From: Myxococcota bacterium
GTDB taxonomy: Bacteria; Myxococcota_A; UBA9160; PR03
DNA: 49,729 bases
NCBI GenBank assembly: GCA_041611735.1
Contig: JBFIML010000031.1
Span: forward strand, 1 to 49,729
Direction of reading: 5' to 3'
The notes under the pieces are model-generated. The model was not told the DNA's origin and did not search any database. It was given only the letters and a program-made list of their open reading frames with translations. The translations under genes and the position numbers were made by a program. The stretch's first letter is position 1; each line of letters begins with the position of its first letter. Below, piece after piece: positions 10,327 to 19,541 of this stretch.

Positions 10327-10364
10327 CGAAATCCTCCTTGGGACGAATTGGGCATACGCCGGTT

Positions 10365-10393
10365 GAGACCCCGGGGCCGGAGGATCGGTTTAC
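10365..10393 (-). promoter_or_regulatory. Putative ECF sigma promoter of the spy-sigma operon
   Basis: Minus strand GTAAAC-N17-GGTCTC about 40 nt upstream of the ATG at 10326; matches the AAC/GTC ECF pattern. Confidence 0.5.
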
Positions 10394-10520
10394 GTCCCGC
10401 GGGGCCGGAGCTCGACCCTGGCCGAGCGCGGCCTCCCGGCGGATGCCGTCGCCCGGCTGGAGATCCGCCGCATGCTCCGGGAGCGGCTATGCGTGGGGGA
10501 CGCGGGCCATCCGGCCTGGC

Positions 10521-11492
10521 TCACGCACCGGCATCCAGGCGCCGCGCGAGCTCCACCACCAGCGCGCCGAGCTCCTCGCCGCGGTCCTCCTGGAGGAAGT
10601 GGCCGGCGCCGCGGATGGTGACGTGGGGCTGGCCCTTGGCGCCTGGAATCCGCGACTGGAACGTCTGCTCCAGGCCGCGCGTGATCGGGTCGCCGTCGCT
10701 GAACGCGGTGAGGAAGGGCTTCTGCCAGCGGCGAAAGACCTGCCAGGCCCGCTCGTTGGCGGGCAGCGCGGGATCGTCCGGCGTGATGGGCACGAGCGAG
10801 GGCATGGCGCGCGCGCCCGCCAGGTGGCGGCGGCTGGAGAACGGGGCCTCGTAGGCGGCCCGCACCTCGGGCGGGAGCTTCGTCTGCGTCCCGAGGTCGA
10901 GGAGCCGGCCGATCGGGAAGACCGGCGACCAGCGCGAGAAGGCGCGCCACACCCGGAAGGGGACCGGCACCCGGGTGTCGGGCCCGGGAGCCGGCAGGCC
11001 CGTGTTGGCGACGATCACGCCGTCGAAGCGCTCCGGGTGCTCCGCCACCACGCGCAGGCCCACGAGACCACCCCAGTCCTGGCCGAAGAAGACGGCGCCC
11101 TGGAGCCCGAGCTGCTCCACCAGCTCCGCCATGACGTCCACCTGCATCTGGTAGGAGTAGTCCTCGCGGCGCACGTACTTGTCCGAGCGGCCGAAGCCCA
11201 CCAGATCCGGCACGATGGCCCGGTAGCCGGCCGCCGTGATGGGCGGGATCATCTTGCGGTAGAGGTAGCTCCAGGTGGGCTCGCCGTGCAGGAGCCAGAC
11301 CGGACGCGCGTCCTTCGGGCCCTCGTCCACGTAGTGGATGCGCAACCCCCGGATCTCCCGGTAGTGGGGTTCAAAGGGAAAGCCGGCGAGATCCGCAAAG
11401 CGCTCGTCCGGGGTGCGCACGACCTCGCCCGGCTCGCCGGAGCCGCAGGCCGTCGCCCCGATCAGGAACACGAGCGCCCGGCGGCCACCCAC
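10521..11492 (-). CDS. Haloalkane dehalogenase (HLD-I-like), possible lipoprotein signal
   Basis: VRTPDERF, LHGEPTWSYLY, nucleophile GQDWGG, FSDGDPIT, GAGHFLQED; GTG start after GAGGAGG. Confidence 0.88.
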   Translation of the reverse strand: MGGRRALVFLIGATACGSGEPGEVVRTPDERFADLAGFPFEPHYREIRGLRIHYVDEGPKDARPVWLLHGEPTWSYLYRKMIPPITAAGYRAIVPDLVGFGRSDKYVRREDYSYQMQVDVMAELVEQLGLQGAVFFGQDWGGLVGLRVVAEHPERFDGVIVANTGLPAPGPDTRVPVPFRVWRAFSRWSPVFPIGRLLDLGTQTKLPPEVRAAYEAPFSSRRHLAGARAMPSLVPITPDDPALPANERAWQVFRRWQKPFLTAFSDGDPITRGLEQTFQSRIPGAKGQPHVTIRGAGHFLQEDRGEELGALVVELARRLDAGA

Positions 11493-11502
11493 GCTTGCCT
11501 CC

Positions 11503-13209
11503 TCAGCCCAGCGGACCCTGATAGACCTCGACGAAGCGCTTGAGCGGATCCGCAGGAACCGACAGGTTGGCATCCCGGTCCGTGCGGATGCAGACCACGC
11601 TGGGGCCCTGGGTGGTCCTGGCCCGCTCGAGGGCGGGCTCGAGCTCCGCGAGCTTCTCCACGTGGAAGCCGCGGCACCCGAGACCCTCGCCCACCACGTC
11701 CCAGCGCACGGTGCCCATCTCCGTACCGAAGGTCCGGCCCCAGAGCAGGCGCTCGTTCGGCTCCTCCATGGTCCAGGAGCCTTCGGCGAAGACCACCGCG
11801 GTGACGTCGAGCCCTTCGCGCGCCGCCGACTGCATCTCCATGAAGTGGAAGCCGGCAGCCCCGTCGCCGGTCACGCACACGACCTGGCGTTCCGGGTCGC
11901 CGAGCTTCGCCCCGATGGCGGACGGGATTCCGGTTCCGAGCATGCCGAGCTCCAGGATACTGTGATAGGAGCGCGGCCGGGTGGGCGGGAGGAACCAGTG
12001 GGCCCACAGGGAGGTGTTGCCGCCGTCGGTCACGTACACGGTGTCCCGACCGAATACGCGGCCGATCGCCTGCATGGCGTGGGCGGGGTGCAGGCCCGGC
12101 CCCGGCCAATCCCGTACCCCCTTAGACTGCTCCTCCCACCAGGCGCGGTCGGTGTCGCGATAGCGCACCAAGTCCCCGGATTGCTCGGGGCGGAGACCCC
12201 GCTTCTCGAGCCGCTGAACCAGGCCCTCCAGGGTGCTGCGAGCCTCGGCCACGATCCCCAGGGCGAGAGGTCGCGTCACGCCCAGATGGCGGGGATCCAC
12301 GTCGATCTGAACGATCTTCTGGCGCTCCGGGTCTCCCCAGTACTTGTCGTAGGGGAGGTCCAGGTTGCCGAGCCGGGACCCCACCACGAGCACCACGTCC
12401 GCTTCCCGCCGGACCAGGTCGCCGCCGAGGCCGAGCCCGTAGATGCAGTGGGGGTGGTCGCGCGGCACCACCGCGCGACCCGCCAGGGTCGGGATCACCG
12501 GGCAGCCGAGCAGCTCGACGAGCCGCAGGAGGGCCGCATTGGCCTGCGCGCGGTCCACTCCCGAGCCGGCCACCACCGCGGGACGTCGGGCCGCCGCCAG
12601 GAGCTCCGCCACCTGCTCGAGCTGGGCCTCGGAGGCCTGGGGGAGCGCCGGGCGGTAGCGCTCCGGCGGAAGCACGCGCACGCTCGCCGGGTCGCCCGTC
12701 GCGTACATCACCGGCGCGGGGATCTCGAGCTGCACGGGCCCCGGCCTCCCGGACCACATCTCCCGGAACGCCAGGCGCGCCACCTCCGGGATCCGCTCCC
12801 AGGACAGGACCGGCCCACCCCACTTGACGCTGGCCCCGAAGACGTCGAGCTGATCCTGACCCTGGAACGTGGAGGGCGGCGAGGGATAGACCAGGCCGAG
12901 CCGGTGCTGGGCCGTCACCGCCAGGAGCGGCACGCCCTCGTGCCGGCTGGTGATCACGCCGGGCAGCAGGTTCGCGGAGCCGGGGCCGGGGTTGCCGAGC
13001 ACCGCCGCGACTCCCCCCGTGGTCTTGTAGAGACCCTCGGCCATGTGGGCGCCCGCCGCTTCGTGACGGACCGGGAAGAAGCGGATCCCATTGCCTTCCA
13101 GCGCCGCCAGCAGGGGATCGACCTCCGGGCACGGCAGCCCGAACACGAAGCGCAACCCCTCCTGCGCCAGGCAGCGCGCCAGGAGCTCTCCCCCGGTGAT
13201 CTCGGCCAT
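11503..13209 (-). CDS. Thiamine diphosphate-dependent enzyme (acetolactate synthase large subunit-like)
   Basis: VRHEAAGAHMAEG, GPGSAN, GRPGPVQLEIP, ThDP motif GDGAAGF. Confidence 0.9.
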   Translation of the reverse strand: MAEITGGELLARCLAQEGLRFVFGLPCPEVDPLLAALEGNGIRFFPVRHEAAGAHMAEGLYKTTGGVAAVLGNPGPGSANLLPGVITSRHEGVPLLAVTAQHRLGLVYPSPPSTFQGQDQLDVFGASVKWGGPVLSWERIPEVARLAFREMWSGRPGPVQLEIPAPVMYATGDPASVRVLPPERYRPALPQASEAQLEQVAELLAAARRPAVVAGSGVDRAQANAALLRLVELLGCPVIPTLAGRAVVPRDHPHCIYGLGLGGDLVRREADVVLVVGSRLGNLDLPYDKYWGDPERQKIVQIDVDPRHLGVTRPLALGIVAEARSTLEGLVQRLEKRGLRPEQSGDLVRYRDTDRAWWEEQSKGVRDWPGPGLHPAHAMQAIGRVFGRDTVYVTDGGNTSLWAHWFLPPTRPRSYHSILELGMLGTGIPSAIGAKLGDPERQVVCVTGDGAAGFHFMEMQSAAREGLDVTAVVFAEGSWTMEEPNERLLWGRTFGTEMGTVRWDVVGEGLGCRGFHVEKLAELEPALERARTTQGPSVVCIRTDRDANLSVPADPLKRFVEVYQGPLG

Positions 13210-13327
13210 GACCCTTTCCCCGCATGGACGGCAGCGTGTCCGGCGCTCGGCTGCGAGGATCTCTCTTTTCGGCTGAGGCTGTCAATGCGAGTCCCGGCAC
13301 GAGGGAGGCGGGCGACGACGGTCACCC

Positions 13328-13336
13328 TGGTATCCT
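13328..13336 (+). promoter_or_regulatory. Possible extended -10 promoter of the PDO-rhodanese gene
   Basis: TGgTATCCT 25 nt upstream of ATG 13361; a minus-strand TTGACA at 13280-13285 may serve the divergent gene. Confidence 0.3.
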
Positions 13337-13360
13337 GCCGGCGAGCCAGGGAGGGAAGCG

Positions 13361-14410
13361 ATGTACTTCGAGGCCATCCGCTCCGAGAGGGGCTGCATGT
13401 CCTACCTGATCGGCTGCGAGAAGACCTGTGCAGCCATCGTCATCGATCCCGGGCTCGAGCAGATCGACCGCTGTCAGGCCCTGCTCTCGGCCCGCGGCAT
13501 GCGCATCCACTCCCTGCTCGACACGCATACCCACGCGGACCACTTCTCGGGAGTGCGCGAGCTCCGGGAGCGGCTCGGGGCCCCCTCGATCATGCACCGC
13601 AGCAGCCAGGCCCCCTTCATCGACATCCACGTGCAGGACGGCGAGACCATCATCGTCGGGGAGCTGCGCCTGAACCTCCTTCACACCCCGGGGCACACCG
13701 GGGATTCCCTGTGCGTGGTCCTGCCGGATCGCGTGCTCACCGGCGACACCCTGCTGCTGGGCGCCACCGGGAGGACGGACCTGCCCACCGGGGATCCCGA
13801 GGCCCTCTACGAGAGCCTCTTCCACCGACTGCTGCTTCTCGACGACTCGCTCCTCGTCTACCCGGCCCACAACTACAAGAACCTGCCGCCCACCACGCTC
13901 TGGGAGCAGAAGAAGACCAATCCGCGCCTGCAGAAGAAGGAGCGCGCCGAGTTCGTGGAGCTGATGAAGAGCCTGGACCTGGCCATGCCGGAGCACCTGA
14001 CGGAGGCGCTGCGCACCAACCAGACCGGCGGCAAGCCCGTGGCCCAGATCATCCAGGAGGCGGCCGAGCGGGTCTCCTTCATGACCATGGACGAGCTGCG
14101 GCGGCGGATCGAGAGCGGCCGGCCGGGCATCGCGATCCTGGACGTGCGGGAGGCGGACGCCTACGCGGCGGGGCACATCCCGGGCGCGATCCACCTGCCA
14201 CGCGGGCAGCTCGAACTGCGCGTCGACTCCGCGTTCCCGGACCCGACCGTGCGCATCCTCGCCTACTGCGAGTTCGGCAAGGTATCGACCATCGCAGCCG
14301 GAACCCTGCACGCCATGGGATTCCACGGGGCCATCGCCCTGGACGGCGGGATCCGGGCCTGGAAGGAGGCGGGCCATCCCCTGGAGACGGGGGTGCCCCG
14401 GACGCGCTGA
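13361..14410 (+). CDS. MBL-fold persulfide dioxygenase (ETHE1-like) fused to a rhodanese domain
   Basis: GCMSYLI, THTHADHFSG, HTPGHT, TGDTLL..GRTDL, YPAHNY, EQKKTNPRL; C-terminal DVRE..GHIPGA, YCEFGKVS, LDGGIRAW. Confidence 0.88.
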   Translation: MYFEAIRSERGCMSYLIGCEKTCAAIVIDPGLEQIDRCQALLSARGMRIHSLLDTHTHADHFSGVRELRERLGAPSIMHRSSQAPFIDIHVQDGETIIVGELRLNLLHTPGHTGDSLCVVLPDRVLTGDTLLLGATGRTDLPTGDPEALYESLFHRLLLLDDSLLVYPAHNYKNLPPTTLWEQKKTNPRLQKKERAEFVELMKSLDLAMPEHLTEALRTNQTGGKPVAQIIQEAAERVSFMTMDELRRRIESGRPGIAILDVREADAYAAGHIPGAIHLPRGQLELRVDSAFPDPTVRILAYCEFGKVSTIAAGTLHAMGFHGAIALDGGIRAWKEAGHPLETGVPRTR

Positions 14411-14418
14411 GTCCGGGA

Positions 14419-14868
14419 CTATCCGTCGCCGGTGCCGACGCGCAGTGCCGGCAGCCGCAGCGACGCCGGGAAGCGTTCGTACAGCACGCCGAAGAGCGCC
14501 GCGCCGGCCAGGGCGCCGGCCAGCGCCCCCAGGGCGTAGAGCTTGCCCTCGCCCACGTTGACCAGGATCGGTCCGGGGCACATGCCGGTGATGGACCAGC
14601 CGACCCCGAAGAGGACCCCACCCACCCCGTTGCCGGGATGGCGTGGCTTCGGCTTCACCCGCAACGCCGCTCCGAAGGCGGTACGGCCCGAGCGCTTCAG
14701 CAGCCACAGGCCAGGCGCCGTCACCCCCACGGCGGTTCCGATGATGCCGTAGAGCTGGAAGCTCTCCAGCAGGAACATGCCCTGGATCATGTCGTAGTCC
14801 GCCGCGCCGCTGCGACTGAGGAACCAGCCAAAGGCGGTGCCGAACGCAGCGTAGAGGAGGATGCTCAC
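14419..14868 (-). CDS. YeeE/YedE-family sulfur-compound transporter subunit (DUF6691-like)
   Basis: 4 TM; GGVLFGVGWSITGMCPGP. Confidence 0.85.
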   Translation of the reverse strand: MSILLYAAFGTAFGWFLSRSGAADYDMIQGMFLLESFQLYGIIGTAVGVTAPGLWLLKRSGRTAFGAALRVKPKPRHPGNGVGGVLFGVGWSITGMCPGPILVNVGEGKLYALGALAGALAGAALFGVLYERFPASLRLPALRVGTGDG

Positions 14869-14869
14869 G

Positions 14870-15376
14870 CTAGATCGCTCCCAGGCGGTAGACCAGGTTC
14901 GAGGTGACGATGCCGGCGGCCAGGAAGGCGAGGGTCGACTCGACGCTGGCGCGCTCCAGGTTCGAGATCCCGAAGATCCCGTGTCCGCTGGTGCAGCCTC
15001 CCGCCATGCGGGTGCCGAAGCCGATCAGGAGGCCGCCGCCGAACATCCAGGCGAGCTTCCCAGCCGGACCCCAGCCGAGGACGGTGTCGAAGCGCCCGAG
15101 GTCCCAGAAGGGCGCCCAGCCTCCGCTGGTGGCCGCTGAGAGGGCGCCTCCCAGCACGAGGCCGCCCAGGAAGGGGAGCCGCCAGCCCTGGGATCCGCTG
15201 ATCTCCCCGCGCTGGAAGTACGGCACCCGGACCACCAGCGCGCACAGGTTCTCGAAGCCCGTCGAGATGCCGAGCCGCTGGTTGGTGACCCAGAGCAGCA
15301 GCAGGGTGATCGCGCCGATGGCGAAACCCGCTAGCGCCCAGTGGTAGGGTTCGAGGTCGTGAAGGATCAGCATCAT
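14870..15376 (-). CDS. YeeE/YedE-family sulfur-compound transporter subunit
   Basis: LGISTG, GGLLIGFGTRMAGGCTSGHGIFG; GGAGG RBS before ATG 15376. Confidence 0.88.
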   Translation of the reverse strand: MMLILHDLEPYHWALAGFAIGAITLLLLWVTNQRLGISTGFENLCALVVRVPYFQRGEISGSQGWRLPFLGGLVLGGALSAATSGGWAPFWDLGRFDTVLGWGPAGKLAWMFGGGLLIGFGTRMAGGCTSGHGIFGISNLERASVESTLAFLAAGIVTSNLVYRLGAI

Positions 15377-15465
15377 CGACGTCCTCCGGGCGGGGCGACC
15401 GCCCGGCTTCCTGATACTCCCGGACGCAACAGAACTCAAGCGGTCCGCCGGCGGTCCGGTCCACC

Positions 15466-16230
15466 ATGCTGCGGCTCCTGCTGATCGCCCTGGGCGGCCT
15501 CGCGGTCGGCGCGTCGCTCGGCTTCCTGGGCGGGGGCGGCACCATCCTCACGCTCCCGCTCCTGCTGCTCCTCGGCGTGGAGCCGAAGCCGGCCATCGTC
15601 ATGTCGCTGGTGGTGGTGGCGGCCACAGCGGCCGTGGCCGCCGTGGCCCACGCGCGCACCGGCAACGTGGACTGGCGAGCCGCCGCGCTGTTCGGCCCGG
15701 GCACGGCGCTGGGCGGCTACGTGGGAGGCCGGGCCGCCGAGTGGCTCGCCGGCGAGCTGCTGCTCCTGGTCTTCACGGGCCTCCTGTTCGCGGCCGGCGG
15801 CGCCATGTTGCGGCCCGTGCCGATCGGTGCCGGGTCCGGCGGCCACGCGCGGGCGCTCGCGCTCGCGCTCCAGGGAGCGGGTATCGGAGCGGTCACGGGG
15901 CTGGTGGGCGCCGGGGGCGGCTTTCTCTTCGTACCGGCCTTCGCCCTGCTCGGGGGCATGGCGATGCGGCGTGCCGTGGGCACCTCGCTGGTGGTGATCG
16001 CGTTGAACGCCCTGGCCGCCCTGGGCGGCCATCTCGGGCACGTGACGATCCGCCCGGCTCTGGCGGCGCCGCTCACGGCCGCCGCCGTGGTCGGCGCCTG
16101 GTGCGGGGCGCACTTCGCGGGGCGCATCCCGCAGGCCCTGCTGCGACGCGCCTTCGGCATCCTGGTGCTGCTGGTAGGGGTGTGGATGCTGGTCCGCAAC
16201 CCCGTGGTCCAGGGACTCTTTGGCGCCTAG
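15466..16230 (+). CDS. Sulfite exporter TauE/SafE family
   Basis: LGFLGGGGTILTLP and GLVGAGGGFLFVP repeats, AVGTSL; about 8 TM. Confidence 0.88.
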   Translation: MLRLLLIALGGLAVGASLGFLGGGGTILTLPLLLLLGVEPKPAIVMSLVVVAATAAVAAVAHARTGNVDWRAAALFGPGTALGGYVGGRAAEWLAGELLLLVFTGLLFAAGGAMLRPVPIGAGSGGHARALALALQGAGIGAVTGLVGAGGGFLFVPAFALLGGMAMRRAVGTSLVVIALNALAALGGHLGHVTIRPALAAPLTAAAVVGAWCGAHFAGRIPQALLRRAFGILVLLVGVWMLVRNPVVQGLFGA

Positions 16231-16240
16231 CCAGCGGCGT

Positions 16241-16669
16241 TCATCCGGAGTTCGACAGCTTGTAGGTCACCAGGGCGACTGCGACCTCGCGGCCCTCGGC
16301 GTCGCACACGGAGACCTCGCCCGTGGAGATCTCCCGACCCCGGCGTCGCACGGATGCCGTGGCCACGAGATCCTTGCCCCGGGCGGCGGCCACGAAGTTC
16401 ACCGAGAAGCCGATGGTGGTGCCGCGCGCGCCGGTCCCGACCTGGGGGCTCGCCCAGAAGGACGCCGTTGCCGCCACGTCCACCAGCGCGGCGACGGCGC
16501 CCCCATGGACCGTGTCGCCGATCGTGGTCACCTCGTTGCGGTAGGGCAGCCTCACCACGACGCGATCCTGCGCCGCCTCCACCAGCTCCATCCCGAGCAG
16601 CCGGCCGTAGGGAGACCGGACGATCAGGCGCTCGATTCCCTTGGCGACCTCGGCCGTCAGCTCCGACAC
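16241..16669 (-). CDS. PaaI-family hotdog thioesterase
   Basis: SPYGRLLG, VHGGAVAALVD, RRGR. Confidence 0.88.
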   Translation of the reverse strand: MSELTAEVAKGIERLIVRSPYGRLLGMELVEAAQDRVVVRLPYRNEVTTIGDTVHGGAVAALVDVAATASFWASPQVGTGARGTTIGFSVNFVAAARGKDLVATASVRRRGREISTGEVSVCDAEGREVAVALVTYKLSNSG

Positions 16670-16710
16670 GCTGTCCTCCCTCGGCCGGCAGTCCAGGCCA
16701 CCGGCGTCGA

Positions 16711-16719
16711 TGCTAGGAT
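16711..16719 (+). promoter_or_regulatory. Possible extended -10 promoter of the esterase gene
   Basis: TGcTAGGAT 27 nt upstream of ATG 16746. Confidence 0.3.
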
Positions 16720-16745
16720 ACCCGGACCGTGACCCGGAGACGTCG

Positions 16746-17678
16746 ATGCCCCTCGACCCCCAGGCGAAGGCAATCCTCGAGTTCCTGAATACGGTCCCGC
16801 GGGATCCCTCGACGCTGACCCCCGCCGTGCTCCGCGCGGGCTACCGCGCGCTGGCCGCCACGCGCAGCGGGCCCGAGGTGGCGCACGTGGAGGACCGGCG
16901 CGTGCCGGGTCCCGCCGGCGAGATCCCCGTGCGGGCGTACCGCCCGCTGGGCGACGGGCCCTTCCCGCTGCTCGTCTACTTCCACGGCGGGGGCTTCGTC
17001 CTGTGCGACCTCGACACCCACGATGGGAGCTGCCGGCTGTTGGCGAACGCCGCGGGATGCGCCGTGCTCTCGGTGGACTACCGCCTCGCCCCCGAGGCGA
17101 AGTTCCCGGCGGCACCCGAGGACTGCTACGCCGCCACCTGCTGGGCCGCGCAGCACGCGGCGACGCTCGGCGCCGATCCCGAGCGGATCGCCGTCGGCGG
17201 GGACAGCGCGGGCGGCAGCCTGGCCACGGTGGTGGCCCAGCTCGTGCGGGACCGCGGCGGGCCCGGCCTCGTGCACCAGCTCCTGATCTATCCCGTCACG
17301 GACCTGAGCTTCGAGACGCCCTGGCCATCCCACGTCGAGAACGCCGAGGGCTACTTCCTGACCCGGGCGATGATGCACTGGTTCGCGGACCACTACCTGG
17401 CGCGGGCCGAGGACGCGCGGAGTCCGCTCGCGTCGCCGCTGCTCGCCCGCGACCTCACGGGCCTGCCGCCGGCCTCGGTGATCACGGCCGAGTTCGATCC
17501 CCTGCGCGACGAGGGTGAGGCCTACGCCGCGCGGCTCCGGGATGCGGGCACCTCCGTGGCGCTCCGGCGCTACGACGGCATGTTCCACGGCTTCTTCGCC
17601 CTGACCGACATGATCGACCGGGCCAAGGAGGCGGTGGACTGGGCCGGGACGCGGCTGCGCGCCGCCTTCGGCGTCTGA
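16746..17678 (+). CDS. Alpha/beta hydrolase, HSL-family esterase/lipase
   Basis: HGGGF, DYRLAPE, GDSAGG, DPLRDEG, HGF. Confidence 0.92.
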   Translation: MPLDPQAKAILEFLNTVPRDPSTLTPAVLRAGYRALAATRSGPEVAHVEDRRVPGPAGEIPVRAYRPLGDGPFPLLVYFHGGGFVLCDLDTHDGSCRLLANAAGCAVLSVDYRLAPEAKFPAAPEDCYAATCWAAQHAATLGADPERIAVGGDSAGGSLATVVAQLVRDRGGPGLVHQLLIYPVTDLSFETPWPSHVENAEGYFLTRAMMHWFADHYLARAEDARSPLASPLLARDLTGLPPASVITAEFDPLRDEGEAYAARLRDAGTSVALRRYDGMFHGFFALTDMIDRAKEAVDWAGTRLRAAFGV

Positions 17679-17695
17679 GACACGGAGGAAGCCCC

Positions 17696-18211
17696 GTGGT
17701 CGAGAAGGTCCGTCACGTCCTCTTCCTGTGTACCGGGAACTCGGCGCGAAGCATCCTGGCGGAGGCGATCCTCGGCCGGCTCGGCGCCGGGCGGTTCCGC
17801 GCCCACAGCGCCGGCAGCCACCCCAAGGGCCGGGTACATCCGATGGCCCTCGAGCTGCTGCACGAACGGGGCTACGAGACCGCGGGCCTCCGCAGCAAGA
17901 GCTGGGAGGAGTTCGCGGGGCCGGGCGCCCCGAGCCTCGACTTCGTCTTCACGGTCTGCGACGACGCCGCCGGCGAGGCGTGTCCCGTTTGGCCCGGCCG
18001 GCCCGTGACCACCCACTGGGGCGTCGCGGACCCCGCCGCCTTCGAAGGGCGGGAGCCCGAACGGCGCTGGCTCTTCCGTCGCGTCTACCGGGAGCTCGAG
18101 CGGCGGATCGAACTCCTCACGCGCTTGAGCCTCGAGTCCCTGGACCGCCGGGGTCTCCAGGCGCGCCTGGACGAGATCGGCAAGACGCCCCCCTCCTTCG
18201 AGCCGTCCTGA
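17696..18211 (+). CDS. arsC: Arsenate reductase (LMW-PTP fold, thioredoxin-type)
   Basis: FLCTGNSARS, SAGSHP, SKSWEEF, TVCDDAAGEACPVWPG, HWGVADP. Confidence 0.85.
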   Translation: MVEKVRHVLFLCTGNSARSILAEAILGRLGAGRFRAHSAGSHPKGRVHPMALELLHERGYETAGLRSKSWEEFAGPGAPSLDFVFTVCDDAAGEACPVWPGRPVTTHWGVADPAAFEGREPERRWLFRRVYRELERRIELLTRLSLESLDRRGLQARLDEIGKTPPSFEPS

Positions 18212-18251
18212 ACGACCCGTGGGTGACGAGCCGCGGCGACGACACTCGGGC

Positions 18252-19508
18252 ATGGGAAGCATCGTCACCATCCTTGTCTGGCTCGTCGCGGTGTCGGTGT
18301 CGGCCCCGGGAGGAGCGGAGCCTCCCGCGCAGATCGAGCGCTGCCTCGACCAGCGCGGGCTCCCGCGCGTGGCGCGGGTGCTGGCACCCGATGGCCGCCG
18401 GGTCTACGCCCGCGTGGTGGCCGAGGCGGGAGGCATCCCCACCGCCCTCGTCCCCCTCGCCGAAGACGGTTTCCACCTGGCGGCGGTCTTCGAGCGCGCG
18501 GGGCGGGCCGGGCCGCAGGGCGAGGCCACGGTCTGGGAGATCTCCGACGACGAGCTCGAGTCCCGGGTCTGCGCGCCCGTCCACCTGCCCCAGGCCGAGA
18601 TCGACGCCGAAGAGCGGGTCGTGGTGGCCGCCGGCCTCAACTACGCCGCCCACGCGGAAGAGGCCGGCGGCGGGGACGTCTTCCTGTTTCCCAAGCCCGT
18701 CGCGCCCACGGCCCCCTACGGGCAGGTCGTAGCGCCCGACGGGGTGACGCTCCTGGACTACGAGGTCGAGCTCGGCTTCGTGCTGCTCGCCGACGTGGAC
18801 CTGCGCGCGCTGCCCTCCCGGGACGAATTCCTCGGGAAGGCCGCCTTCTTCGTCGCCAACGACGTCTCGGACCGGGAGCCGATCATCCGCCACAAGGCCC
18901 TGCGGGGTCCGGGGACCGGCTTCGTGGAGGCCAAGGGCCAGCCCGGGTTCCTGCCGCTGGGTCCCTGGATGGTGCGGGGCACCGAGCTCTTCGCGGCCCT
19001 CGCCGCCTGCGGCGCCGACGGGCTCGGGATCCGGCTGGCCGTCGACGAGGGCGACGGCTTTCGCGTCCGGCAGGACGCGAGCACCGCCTCGATGATCCTC
19101 GATCCCCTGGAGTTTCTCGGGAAGATCGCGGAAGAGATCCGGCGAGGCGGCCTGCGCACGCCGATGCCCGTACTCCGGGACGGCCGTGCGCGTCACTATC
19201 CGCTGGCGGTGGACGCCCAGGCGCCCCGACTGCCGGCCGGGAGCCTGGTCCTCACCGGCACGCCGGATGGCGTCGCGCTCCAGGCGCCGGTCCCGCTGGC
19301 GCTCCTGGCCCGGGGCCTCCTGCGCCTGCGGAGCCCCTTCGAGCAGTTCCGTCTGGAAGAGCTCGAGCGCGCCGCATCGGGAGGGCCGGGCGGCTATCTC
19401 GAGGCGGGAGACCGCATGCGAGCGAGCATCGACGGCCTCGGGGCCCAGATCGTTGGCGTGCTGGCCCCCGGCGCGGCCCGGCATCCCGATCCCTGCGCGG
19501 GCCCCTGA
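18252..19508 (+). CDS. Fumarylacetoacetate hydrolase-family protein with N-terminal signal/anchor
   Basis: GLNYAAHAEE, DYEVELG, NDVSDR, LPLGPW, LTGTPDGV; N-terminus MGSIVTILVWLVAVSVSA. Confidence 0.82.
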   Translation: MGSIVTILVWLVAVSVSAPGGAEPPAQIERCLDQRGLPRVARVLAPDGRRVYARVVAEAGGIPTALVPLAEDGFHLAAVFERAGRAGPQGEATVWEISDDELESRVCAPVHLPQAEIDAEERVVVAAGLNYAAHAEEAGGGDVFLFPKPVAPTAPYGQVVAPDGVTLLDYEVELGFVLLADVDLRALPSRDEFLGKAAFFVANDVSDREPIIRHKALRGPGTGFVEAKGQPGFLPLGPWMVRGTELFAALAACGADGLGIRLAVDEGDGFRVRQDASTASMILDPLEFLGKIAEEIRRGGLRTPMPVLRDGRARHYPLAVDAQAPRLPAGSLVLTGTPDGVALQAPVPLALLARGLLRLRSPFEQFRLEELERAASGGPGGYLEAGDRMRASIDGLGAQIVGVLAPGAARHPDPCAGP

Positions 19509-19541
19509 TGCGGCCTCGAGCGGGGACGCAGGAGGTCTCAC

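Noticed and set aside
11413-14907. 1164-aa plus-strand ORF
   Set aside because: Antisense/off-frame shadow of real genes, expected at high GC; no motifs
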